This document shows, piece after piece, positions 24,884 through 35,800 of a stretch of DNA of 64,000 nucleotides. The stretch is from Tubiluchus corallicola (lineage: Eukaryota > Animalia > Priapulida), in the NCBI GenBank assembly GCA_030141605.1, contig JAQGDQ010000615.1, forward strand, positions 1 through 64,000, in the 5' to 3' direction. The notes below the pieces were generated by a model. The model ran no database searches and was not told the origin of the DNA. It worked only from the letters and a program-made list of their open reading frames with translations. The translations under genes were made by a program, and so were the position numbers. The first letter of the stretch is position 1. Every line of letters starts with the position of its first letter.

Positions 24884-25510
24884 TATCAGCATTTAAAGCA
24901 AAATTAAAATCACTAATATTAACCAGATATGAAATACCATCACACCAGTTCGACAACATACACACTAATTCAGAATTCATATATCCACGGCCATATTAAT
25001 TAAATCATAGTTTTTCATTTTTTGTGCATAGTTGTAAATATGCTTGATGTTATATATGTATATAATAATCTTCATTTGCCCTTAAAATACATTGATAATC
25101 ACTGATAAAAACTTTACAGAGATGATCAATCAGTGTTAGTTAATAAAAACTTACACTGCTAAAGGCAAATGCGTCAGTGCAATCTAATCTACTGTGCAGT
25201 AATGGAAAGTAACGACGAATAAAATCAAATATATTTACAACTATGTGCAAAAAAATGAAAAAACTATGATTTAATTAATATGGCCGTGGATATATGAATT
25301 CTGATTTAGTGTGTATGTTGTCGTGCTGGTGTGATGGTATTTCTTATCTGGTTAATATTAGTGATTTTAATTTTGTTTTAAATGCTGATAGGGACTTGAT
25401 TTGTTTAACCTGTAATGGTAGAGAATTCCAAAGTAGAATTGCTTGTTTGATTACAGAGTTCGTTCCATAGTGGGTATTTGTCCTATTTATAAGCATTGAG
25501 TTTATTTGGT
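24884..25510. mobile_element. Two inverted copies of a CR1/L2-type LINE 3' end
   Basis: The minus strand from ~25500 encodes RTNTHYGTNSVIKQAILLWNSLPLQVKQIKSLSAFKTKLKSLILTR*. 25231-25390 is the reverse complement of 24884-25041. Confidence 0.65.
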
Positions 25511-25946
25511 CCTCTATTGCTGTTTGAGTGGCTACACCAACCTACTGGCTTTTACACAAAAATTCCGTAGTTCGCTTTGCCGGTAGCAAGTTTGTTAACT
25601 ACTGCAGTCTCCACAAGATGTCTCTGAGATGCTGGTGCAAGTTCTAATTACGGGTAGACGTTCTGTGACATTTTACACTAGTTTTTTAATGTTTTTATAC
25701 AAAATTATAAAAGGTTCATAATCATGAAAATAAACCTGTTTATATACAAGCTTATTAACAGATTCATTTTTAAATAGTGATTATTATACGACTGTTTGAC
25801 ACAATCTAAAGAAAATGTAAATTTTACTCAATATTTATTAACATTTTTATATAAATATGCAATTTCTGTCTTCAAAAAAAACATTTTCACCTGTCTCAAG
25901 CACTGATTTAGGGCAATAGATCATCGGAACACTGTAGCTTATCTTG

Positions 25947-26249
25947 AAATCACGTTGAAAACACCGGTTCTCGTCTGATTACCGAAGTTAAGCAACGTAG
26001 AGCCTGGTTAGTGCTTGGTTGGGTGACCGCCTAGGAATACCGGGTGCTGTATACTTGCGGGATGCGCACACTGTATCTCTACACTAGGCGAAGGAGCTGC
26101 ACAAGGGAGGAAGAGAGGGGGTTCCTGCGGTCTGGGCAACTCAGGATCTCCATACACCTTGCCCAGGCGTGCGTCCTGGAGACGTTCAAGGATTGGACTC
26201 TCTTGGCGCACATTCCATTGTCTTCCGAGACAGAAGGATGCCAACAACA
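25947..26249 (+). mobile_element. 5S rRNA-derived SINE (SINE3-like) with 11-bp TSD
   Basis: 5S head ATCACGTTGAAAACACCGGTTCTCG...GGAATACCGGGTGCTGTA (to ~26056), ~190-bp GC-rich body, CAACAACAA tail. Flanked by AGCTTATCTTG at 25936-25946 and 26250-26260. Confidence 0.85.
25949..26056 (+). pseudogene. 5S rRNA-derived sequence (SINE head, first ~12 nt missing)
   Basis: Matches metazoan 5S rRNA from about position 13 to 120, including box A AGTTAAGC and box C TGGTTGGGTGACC. No oligo-T terminator follows. Confidence 0.85.
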
Positions 26250-27221
26250 AGCTTATCTTGGCTACCTGGTTTAAGTTTTTGAATTTTTGATGTTATTAGC
26301 AATATTAATTGTATACGTAAAAAATGTATTACTTACTGTGTGATAGATTGCAGTACTCTTATTAATTGCTTTCTAAACCTCTTACAAGGTAGTTTTAATT
26401 TTTTCATAATGTTTTAGACACGGACGTAGGCGTAAACGTAAACATGAACGTAAACATGGCGACTGACATTTTAATTGGTCATGTATAATCATATATATAC
26501 AATAAATCACGATATTTTGTTTTATGCTTTGCATAGACTTAAGTAAACAATTGACACAACAAGTTGGTAACTGTAAATAAATTCATCTGTAAATCTAAAC
26601 GTTACATGTAAAATAAAGTTGAAAAAAGAGAAAAAATATTGAAAAGTGTTTAGCTATATGAGTGCCTTGATTGAAGTAGGAACAAATGAAAGTTTAAAGC
26701 AGTTTGACAGTTGAAAAACTATAAATTTAATCTTACTTTGTGTGGGAAAATGTGAATTTTTCATGTAGAGGATGAAAGTTATCTGCCATAAATGTTTTAA
26801 CATTTTCACTGACATATCATCATACAGAACAGTATGGTCAAGAATCAGACGTTCATTAATTTTACCAGAGAGATTTATACATTTTCTTCTTTGCCTTTCC
26901 AAATCAAATTTAAGGTAGTTTTACACACGTTGTGTAGGAACTAACTACCCACATGTAATAATGACGGTAATAATACATATTTGAACATGACAAATAGTTA
27001 AAAATGTGTAAGAGCAAAGCAATTCATTTTTACATTATTATGTGACGCCAATTTTCCAATTATTTCGTGATTTTGACAACATTAGGTTTTGAGCGCGTGA
27101 AAACTTCACAATTCTCGGTCTTCATGCATTATCTATGATTATAAAATCACTTTAATCTAAAAAATAGTTAAATAACAGTCTTTACTGCACTGTTATTCTC
27201 TATTTGAAGTTATTCCTCCGC

Positions 27222-27321
27222 AGACACGTGCACACGACGTCATCATTTCCCAGCATCTAACTTCTTGTCCAAGACACGTGCACACGACGTCATCATTTCC
27301 CAGCAGCTAACTTCCTGTCCA
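27222..27321. repeat. 50-bp tandem duplication
   Basis: AGACACGTGCACACGACGTCATCATTTCCCAGCA(T/G)CTAACTTC(T/C)TGTCCA occurs twice. Confidence 0.85.
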
Positions 27322-28139
27322 TATCAGTTCCGTTTTGTGTCATTACCCCCTGCCTAAGTGTTTCCCAATGTCATTAAGGGGCTCTATGCACGGATGCGTG
27401 ATGAAAATTAAGTGGGTAAAAATTAACATTTTCTCATGGCAAACTGCCAATAACTTTGTTGCGTAAACAAGTTTACAAATTCTGTTGGTCAAGACGACTT
27501 AAGTTACACTGAATGAACACGCACTCGTCTGTTTACTAGAATTTTGGGCAAAAATATCTCAAGGCGTTTTCAAAACGACAACCAAAACACTCACATAAAA
27601 TGGCTTACAGTAGCTGCTACAGTCATTTTCATCTCATATAGTTTCATTCATTCCGATATGCAATCGAATATCAATACTATTTAAGCAAAACTTAGGTCCT
27701 GAGTGTGGTTATATAGTGTTCTAACGTTAAATTTCTTTACTTAAGCAACCAAATAAATGAGCAAGTACTACTTATCACAGCAATTACACGTTTATTCTTG
27801 TGAGTATAAATAAACTTACTTTCATTTACCTATTGTACACAACAATTACGTATCTAGGTGTAAGAGTTTAAAACATTTTTATGAACATTTCAGTAAAGTT
27901 TTTTAAAAGGTACATGTACAGTATGGGAAAAGTTATTAAGGGAATGGGAAAGGATTATGTATAAGAGTGTGGGGAGGGTTTATAAAGACTTAAAATAATG
28001 TATAACTACTAAAATAAGTATAGCGTCCCTGCTTAAAAAGCGGAAATTCACTTATCCTGGGTGGGCCTGGAATGGAGTGATCCCCGATAAGTGAGGGAAC
28101 ACTGTAAGAGACTTTCGAGGTTGTAAACTTTTAATAACC

Positions 28140-28300
28140 TAAAATTGCTATTGGACACGGTGATGAATCCATTCAGTCCAATAAACGAACGAAACTAACA
28201 CTAAATTAGAAAGCCTGAAAAATTATTGCATCTCCACTGGGACTCGAACACAGGCCTTCTGCTTTCTGAACAGCTAGCCATGAACTAAGTATATCTTGTC
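28140..28300 (-). mobile_element. tRNA-derived SINE fragment
   Basis: Minus strand reads ...GCAGAAGGCCTGTGTTCGAGTCCCAGTGGAGA, resembling a T-arm/B-box and acceptor end. Confidence 0.45.
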
Positions 28301-28321
28301 ACCGAGTTATATAATAAAATT

Positions 28322-28346
28322 TTTACTTACTTACTTACTTACTTAC

Positions 28347-28397
<51 letters not shown>

Positions 28398-28568
28398 CCA
28401 CCTACCTGCCTACCTACCTACCTACCTACCTGCCTACCTGCCTGCCAACCTACCTACCTACCTAGCCTACCTACCTTCCTACCTACCTACCTACCTACCT
28501 ACCTACCTACCTACCTACTTACTTACGTGAGTAGTAAAATTATTACTTATTTATTTATTTATCTACCA

Positions 28569-28611
<43 letters not shown>

Positions 28612-28753
28612 CTACCTACCTACCTACCTACCTACCTACCTACCTACCTACCTACCTACCTACCTACCTGCCTGCCTGCCTGCCTGCCTGCCTACCTACC
28701 TACCTACCTACCTACCTACCTACCTACCTGCCTACCTACTTACTTACTTACTT
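28322..28753. repeat. Compound (TTAC)n/(CTAC)n/(CTGC)n microsatellite
   Basis: Directly visible. Confidence 0.95.
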
Positions 28754-29006
28754 AAATTTAAAAAACAGAAATAAAAATGAAATTAAAAATAAAAAGATAA
28801 CCAAACATTACATAGGAGCAAATTTTGGATACATTGCTATTAACTTTACCTTGTTGGTGATAACGTCTAATCTACTACGTGTCAATGTCAAAATGTTTTG
28901 GCAAAATTAATGTCGAAAACCTATGTCAATAATTTCTTATCAGTATCCACTAAATTCTAGACGCTTTAATCATATTTTATAAAACTAAGTTTACGTGCAA
29001 GTTCTT

Positions 29007-31127
29007 TCATACAGTCCTGCTAATCACGGCATCATGAATGGTGACGTAGAATACACGACGGGGGACCTTGTCAAAAACTTGCATCTCTTCCAGTGATTTA
29101 ATTAAATTGACTTGACAATTAGCAAAGCAAACATCCACGCCAGTGTCCTTGTATTCTTCATAAACTTGTGTTAAGCATTCACCACTAGTTAAGTCTATTT
29201 GGGAGAAGTTGCTACAGTCGATAATTATTGTACGCAAACGTTGTTTTTCAGATTCACCGATAGATGACGCTGGCGTTGTCGAATTGTTTTCATCGAAAGC
29301 TTCATTGACGTGACCTTTACTGGCATTTGCACGAATGGCGTGTTGTTTCCTTTTCTCCATTTCTGATTGGAGAACAGAATTTGACGTCTCATTTGTCACT
29401 GTTGCACAAATTTCGTCGTACTTGGTAGATTTTGCCAGTTTGCTCTTGAAGAATTCTGTGTTCAGATAGTTAAGATTGCTTTCAAAACTGACGATTATCG
29501 CCCCCGGAATTTCTTGCACTTCACTGTAGTCTGCCATGTTGCGATAGATGTCGGTTTCGGGGAATCGCCCCACTATCACACTGCTGGTGAACTGGGTGCG
29601 AACAATGATGCACAGAAGTGAGAAAGCGACACCTACAATCAATCCAACCAAGACGTCAAAACAAACGACGGCGACATAAGCAACAATCCAGATTAGAAAA
29701 TCCGTTTTGCTTTGCTTCCAGAGACGTACGACTTTCGTATAGTTGGTCAGCGTGCTACGCAATGCGACGACAATGATGGCGGCCAACACGGAATTTGGAA
29801 GCGCCTCCAAGTATTGTCCAAGAAACAAAAGTACAATGAGTATGCACAGTGAACTTAGTGCACTTGCTAGTTGTGTTTTACCACCCAGCGACTCCTGTAA
29901 AAGACTCCGTGAATAGGAAGCGGATGGAGAGAATCCAGAAAATAATGAGCAGACAACTGTTCCCGTACCAAGAGCAAGTAATTCCTGATTGGGATCGATT
30001 TTCTGTTTATGCTTCTTTGCCAGATGTTTGGCAATGGAGATCATGAAAGCGTAAGCAGTAAGACTTGCTATTAGACTGTCTACAAGAAGGACTCTCAGGA
30101 TTCCGACAGAAGGTAGTGTAACATCTGGAAATCCTTTGGGAATGTATTTCAGAATTTTCACTCCATATGTTTCTTCAAAGTTAAAACCCCAGGACAAAAG
30201 TGTAGCAGAAACTACCAAGACGAAGTCAATAGGTAGTGGTATTCTGCACTTCTTTGATAATCGTTTACTGATGAAGATCTTGAACACCAGTAGTATGATG
30301 ATACTACACAAAGAAATGACGAGCTCTGGTATTTTCGTGTCTGCAATGTTCTTAGCATACCACGTCCACAGTCTGAAAAGCTTAAAAGCGCCTCTAATGT
30401 TTGGCGGTTTCATTCCCGACAAGTACTTGAACTGGGAAGAGACAATGTAGAGAACAGATCCAGTTACAAAACCATCGGTGACAGATTCGGAAAGGTACAG
30501 CGTGATGAAGCCAAGACGAAGGAATCCCATCAACAGTTGTATGAGTCCCGCTGTGAACGCCATGCTGGTAGCGACGACGATGCGAATCTCTGCTGGTGGT
30601 TCGCCATCAACATCTAATGACTCATTGACGGCACCATAAAGGCTGGAGTTCGTTTCTGGATGATGATAAATTTCACGACTCTGGGTGTAGACGGCTACTC
30701 CTATCAACCAAGAAATCAGAGCGGCCGGAGCAACGCTGATGTGTCGCGAAGTTCCCATCAAGAAGTAGATGATTAGTGAAAAGAAACTGGTGTATAAACC
30801 GTGTATTGGCGGCAAATTTGCCAACTGGGAGTAGCCCATGGCTTGAGGAACTAACATAATTGCGATGGTAATTCCAGTGATGACATCTGCTGCTATGCAT
30901 TCTTTGATGTTATATTTCTTTAACCACAGGACACAAGGAAGCAGGAACTGAAAACCGTTTAGCAGCACCTGCTTGCATGATGATTTAGAGCACCCTTCCA
31001 ACTTCTTCTTTAGTAGAGCTAAAACGAATGGAGATAGTTCTTTGTTTTGTTCATTGCGTTTTGTATTGAAAGTTTTATCGAGATCTTCCACATTGAAAAC
31101 TGCTCTGTCGATCACGTATCTTTCCAT
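29007..31127 (-). CDS. SLC26 (SulP) anion transporter paralog, single coding exon, 706 aa
   Basis: Motifs DVITGITIAIMLVPQAMGYS, GTSRHIS, NQELLALG, SYSRSLLQESLGGKTQ; STAS domain IIDCSNFSQID...TIHDAV. Clearly paralogous to 19346-21595. Confidence 0.95.
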   Translation of the reverse strand: MERYVIDRAVFNVEDLDKTFNTKRNEQNKELSPFVLALLKKKLEGCSKSSCKQVLLNGFQFLLPCVLWLKKYNIKECIAADVITGITIAIMLVPQAMGYSQLANLPPIHGLYTSFFSLIIYFLMGTSRHISVAPAALISWLIGVAVYTQSREIYHHPETNSSLYGAVNESLDVDGEPPAEIRIVVATSMAFTAGLIQLLMGFLRLGFITLYLSESVTDGFVTGSVLYIVSSQFKYLSGMKPPNIRGAFKLFRLWTWYAKNIADTKIPELVISLCSIIILLVFKIFISKRLSKKCRIPLPIDFVLVVSATLLSWGFNFEETYGVKILKYIPKGFPDVTLPSVGILRVLLVDSLIASLTAYAFMISIAKHLAKKHKQKIDPNQELLALGTGTVVCSLFSGFSPSASYSRSLLQESLGGKTQLASALSSLCILIVLLFLGQYLEALPNSVLAAIIVVALRSTLTNYTKVVRLWKQSKTDFLIWIVAYVAVVCFDVLVGLIVGVAFSLLCIIVRTQFTSSVIVGRFPETDIYRNMADYSEVQEIPGAIIVSFESNLNYLNTEFFKSKLAKSTKYDEICATVTNETSNSVLQSEMEKRKQHAIRANASKGHVNEAFDENNSTTPASSIGESEKQRLRTIIIDCSNFSQIDLTSGECLTQVYEEYKDTGVDVCFANCQVNLIKSLEEMQVFDKVPRRVFYVTIHDAVISRTV

Positions 31128-31862
31128 GTCGGCACTTTCTAAAGCTCAAACACGATGGTATTCCTTAAGCGATGACAAAACAAGTGCTTTTAAAATAATC
31201 TAGCGCATGTCGTCAAGGGTGCTTTCGATAAACAAGCTTTCGCAAACCATTTTTTTGTTCACGTTTCATGATGGAGGGCAAAAGAACCACGAGGAATTAG
31301 CGGAGTTCAGGAAGAGAGAGAGTAAGAGAACAAGAGGAGTGTAAAATATGCTGGCAGCACAGAACGACAGAAAGATGAAAATACAAACGAATAAAACCAC
31401 CAAGTCAATTTCGTAGACAATTTATTAGAACTGTATCACAAAAAGCTACTAGTTATTATCGCATTTTAAACAACAGACCCCCATCTGGATTGTCTTGGTT
31501 TAAGCTATGTACACAAGTCAATTGTACACGGTCTAGCAAGTCGTGAACAATAGGATATTGTTCATTGCATAATAGCTGGAAATATGAGCAGCAAATATGA
31601 TCTCTTATGACAACTTTAGATTATAACCTGTTAAATATTGCCAAGCACTAATACATCCTGTTTAAGCACTTTTTCCCAAGAAGAATTATTAAGAATTCTG
31701 TCAGGGCAGCAATCACTTTGCAGGATAGATAAGTGTGTTATTAATTACATTTGGAGACTTATAACAATAATTTCATATATTGAACAATAATAAACAGCTA
31801 AAATTCGCAATGGAGGCAGTGACTGCGATGTAGCCAAGATGGCCGCTAGTTACGTTTTAAAG

Positions 31863-32286
31863 CAGGGGTGTGCAAACTGCGGCCCGCGGGCCACTTGCGG
31901 CCCACCGAGAGATCTTGTGCGGCCCGCAAAGAGGTTTGTCAACGTAATGAAAGTGCGGCCCACGCGATCCAGCTGAAGTCTATGCCAATATCGCAAAGAT
32001 AGTGCGGGTAGTTTTTTCCTCTAGATCGGATGGCATTAACCCTTACAAGACCGTTATCACTTAATGTCACTGTCAGACATGACGAAATATATGGTTTTTA
32101 ATATAAATTTTATATAGACTGCTAAAATAGTTTCTTGAGTGCAGTAGTGCAGTACTAATGATGTGTGCAAATCGGATGAAAAAATCGTTATTAGGTCCTA
32201 CTGTACTTGGCTCCTTGACCAAACTGCATGTGGCCCGCAGGAATGTTTAATGTGGCCCGTCTAGTCAGATAATTTGCACACCCCTG
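31863..32286. mobile_element. Non-autonomous hAT (Charlie-type) element
   Basis: 14-bp TIR CAGGGGTGTGCAAA / TTTGCACACCCCTG, subterminal GCGGCCC repeats, perfect 8-bp TSD TTTTAAAG (31855-31862 and 32287-32294). Confidence 0.9.
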
Positions 32287-32639
32287 TTTTAAAGCGTTTT
32301 CAAAAACGATATCGATGGGACTAATTATGTAAATGTTGATGTACCGTATACGTTTATTTATAACTAATGATTTTATATAGGTACATGAAAATTGTCATCG
32401 TTACTTACGATTTCATGGTCTGCTATATAGATTTGTACTAAAATTATAACTCATAATGTACTATTAATGTGCTAAAATTATATATATATATACAGCAATG
32501 TATAAACATATTATTTTGAAATTCGTTGTTAATTGTAAATTCAAGTTTTACAAAAATGTTTTAAATGGCTTATAAGGAGGAACAGTAAAGAATTATTAAA
32601 CAGACAGTTTTTTCGCCGTTACTCGGTAGCTTGTTTGCG

Positions 32640-32815
32640 ATGACGTGTAACTGTGACGTCATAAGAAGGCTTCGTCACATGACCCAGCTTATATCGTTGC
32701 GCTCTCCTTGCCAACGAAATGGTTGGTGAGGGACATGAATAATTTCACATGAAATATCCAAAACTGCTTTGAACCGCCCAGGTTCCAATTCCAACTGGGA
32801 ACAAAGATGGCGGGA
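32640..32815 (+). promoter_or_regulatory. Candidate promoter (CRE, E-box, YY1-like motif at the ATG)
   Basis: TGACGTCA at ~32654, GTCACATGAC at ~32674, and AAGATGGCGG overlapping the ATG at 32807, followed by a GTAAGT donor. Confidence 0.4.
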
Positions 32816-35800
32816 GAAGGTAAGTGGAAAAATGTCTAATCAAGTATCACCCAAACTTGGCTGCATGTCTTGACAAATTTTTTACAGTTTCAGTTTTGGT
32901 GTTTGTCCAATTCAAACTGCTTCCCTGACCACGATAGAGGCAACATTTAGGGTTCTAGGGTCTAACAAGAGAAGCAGCTTTTAGTTCACTAGAAAGACAT
33001 TTTTACTTTTTACTATTAGCGGTTGTGGCAGACTGGGTGTCGTTGTGCCATTATTTTCATCACTTGGTATCCAAACATTTTGGAAGCAAAACTAGTGGAC
33101 AAAGTAAGCCAATGTGTAAAAGTAGAATTCTAAATTTCGGGGAGCTGAGGAGTGGATTATTCGTAAAAATCACAGAGATTTCGTAACCACTAAGTCCTAT
33201 AGCTTGACTTGTAACGGATCAATTGTAAAATTTCCTTTGTAAAGGTTTAATAATCATGGAAAATTTAAATGCCATTGAGGAATTCAGTATCTTCTAAAAC
33301 AACAAATGTATGAGTTTGTTATTTCAAATTTGATACAATTAAAGTTTACCTTAAGATAGTGGCAACCAAAAATATTTTGGTTATATTTCAATTATTTATC
33401 TGGAATGCCCAGTATAGGGGCACGGTGCTGTCCTTCATTAAAGGACAAGAAAAGGGGCACCTGAGATATGTTTCAGAAAAACCGCCTTAAAAAATTAGAT
33501 TACTTTACAGCATCTTATGCATATATCGTACTCGCGTTAAAATGAATTTATGTTGGTTTTCATTTTAAATCAACACTGTACAGACTGCGCCACTGACGTC
33601 ACCTACGCAAACGTAAATCAGGGGAAGAAAAGGAAATGTAAAATTACTTCCCTTAAAACTTTCCATGCAAATCTATATTACTTAGCATTTCGCTACCTGC
33701 TGGAAAGACGTATCTAAATAGAAATAACAATTTAGAATGTTTGTGCCAATTGGTAAAACGTCGCTGGCTCACCTTACAAGGTGCACCACTCCCTAACCAA
33801 AAACGTATTTTTTCTTATTAACAAGATATAGAAATTTAAAATTTTACTTAGTAGCATGTGTGTTATGAATGCTCTGATTATTTTTCAAACTTCACGGAAT
33901 GTTATCTAACTTGTTTCAAACGACCTACCATTAAAATGGCTGCGCCTACGGGTCATGCGGGAGTTTAAATTTACTAAGTTTAAAGTTTTATACAGCGTTA
34001 CTGCCGATGCAAGCCCGGCATGCAAAAAGGCAGTATGTAAGTGGCATAAGATTTCAAGACGAATTTTTAAGCTTTACGTAAGTGGAGGGTTTTCTTGCGC
34101 TTTTAAAGCGAACGAGACCTACGGATTTTTCTACAGCTGCTTCTAGGACGTTGTAAGAAAGTACTTAAGGATTTAAGATTAAAAAACATTTTATTTAATT
34201 TTTATTTTGATTCTTTTGATCCTAAATAAATTAATTTTTTTATGTGTGAATGATTTAGAGTCACAGAAGGACTTCATCGTGGTTGAGCATGCGCAGAGAG
34301 TCGAACAATTGCAACAAGACATAGAAACGTTGAACGAACAAGTTGCAGCCCTGCAGAAAAAAGCTAAGCTGGTAGCTAAAAATTATTTCTGTGCAGTTTT
34401 TTTTTTGTTTTACAAAATAATAATTAAATTTACTCAAAAAAAAACAGGCAAGGAACTGAGAAACTAGTTTGAGGTGTACTTGGTTAAGTGGTCCAGAAGC
34501 AAAGTCAGTTTTCATAAGTGGTTTAGCACATGTGCCAGTTTGAACAAGAGATTGCTTAACTCACGCGGACAAGAGGAAGGAAGACGTTAATTAAATCCAC
34601 CCAATTAATAGTAGATTAATCTACCTTCAGCTAAGTCGGCTAAGTAATGGTGTATATGGTGTGTATTAATCCAGCTTTTGGTGCAATTTTATTAACGATT
34701 TCAGTCGCAAATTATTTTTTTAATAAGAAATTTTTTTTTGATTTAGTACTTTTGTTCAGTATGTCCATCTTGTTTACACATAATAATTATTTTTCCTACC
34801 TGTGCCCGCGTGCTAAATATAGTCTGTATCCCACGGGATACATTGGGATTCAATGGAAGCATAAAATGTGCTTCATTTTGCAACTGCTGATAATTTTTAA
34901 AGTATTTAAGACATTTAGTTATGCATGCTATACTAATCTGTACAAAGTCGTCTCTAAAGTACTGTACCTTGCGCAGTTTTTTATGCTATGTAGATTTTCT
35001 AGTTTGCCATTTTATCACTATTTTTAGTCTATTGTTAATGGCTTAAATCAAAATAACTATTAACAGATCAAATAACTGTCAGTTTTAAAATTTTATTAAT
35101 TTTAAAGGCAGAAAATATTCTCGTATCCCACGGGATACAACGGGTATGAAAGGGTTAAAGGAAAACCGGATGATTGTATAAACATTAGTTCAGAATAAAA
35201 GAACGTTCTAAAATATTGAAAACTACGATAGCTTTTTTTAAATCAAAGCTTAGATTAATTCATAATTACCTCGGATACTCAATTTTCGTTAAACTTTCAA
35301 AGCTACGCGCGGCTCGGTGAATCTACTAAGATTGGCAGCGGCGCCTTTTTGTCACACATGCGTGGCCGGCAAATAGAAGGCGGTGCCGTGATAACCATGA
35401 TCATGAAGTGCTGTGTTAGTTTCTGACGTCATATGATGTAAAGCCCGTTTTCGCAACATCACGCATTTAAATTGTAACACTTACGCAAACGTGCTTGATG
35501 CGCAAGGGAAGATGCCTACCAATAGCACAAACTGTGGTTAGTTTCTAACGAAAGCAATAGCTGTGTTCGGTTGCCGTTAATTAACTTTCTAAGCTAATTA
35601 TTCAAATATTTGGAACAATTACTAACTTTTAGAGGCAGGAAAATGTATAATTATGCAGTAAATTAAAATGAAATTGAGTCTAAGCAATCGTCCGGTCTTC
35701 CTTTAAACAAGCTGTTATTATAATAAGGGTAATGTAGATCAAAATATTCAATTTGTGAAAGTTCTAAAATATAATGCTCAAATTGGTTCACAAATGTGTG

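Noticed and set aside
25937-26056. Functional 5S rRNA gene
   Set aside because: The 5' ~12 nt are replaced by the TSD, there is no oligo-T terminator, and it is fused to a SINE-like body and tail.
28231-28290. tRNA gene on the minus strand
   Set aside because: Only the T-arm/B-box half is recognisable and no full cloverleaf forms; treated as a SINE fragment.
32037-35158. A 3.1-kb piggyBac from TTAACCCTT (32037) to AAGGGTTAA (35158)
   Set aside because: The ends match only over CCCTT, and the left one lies inside a hAT element with intact TIRs and TSD.
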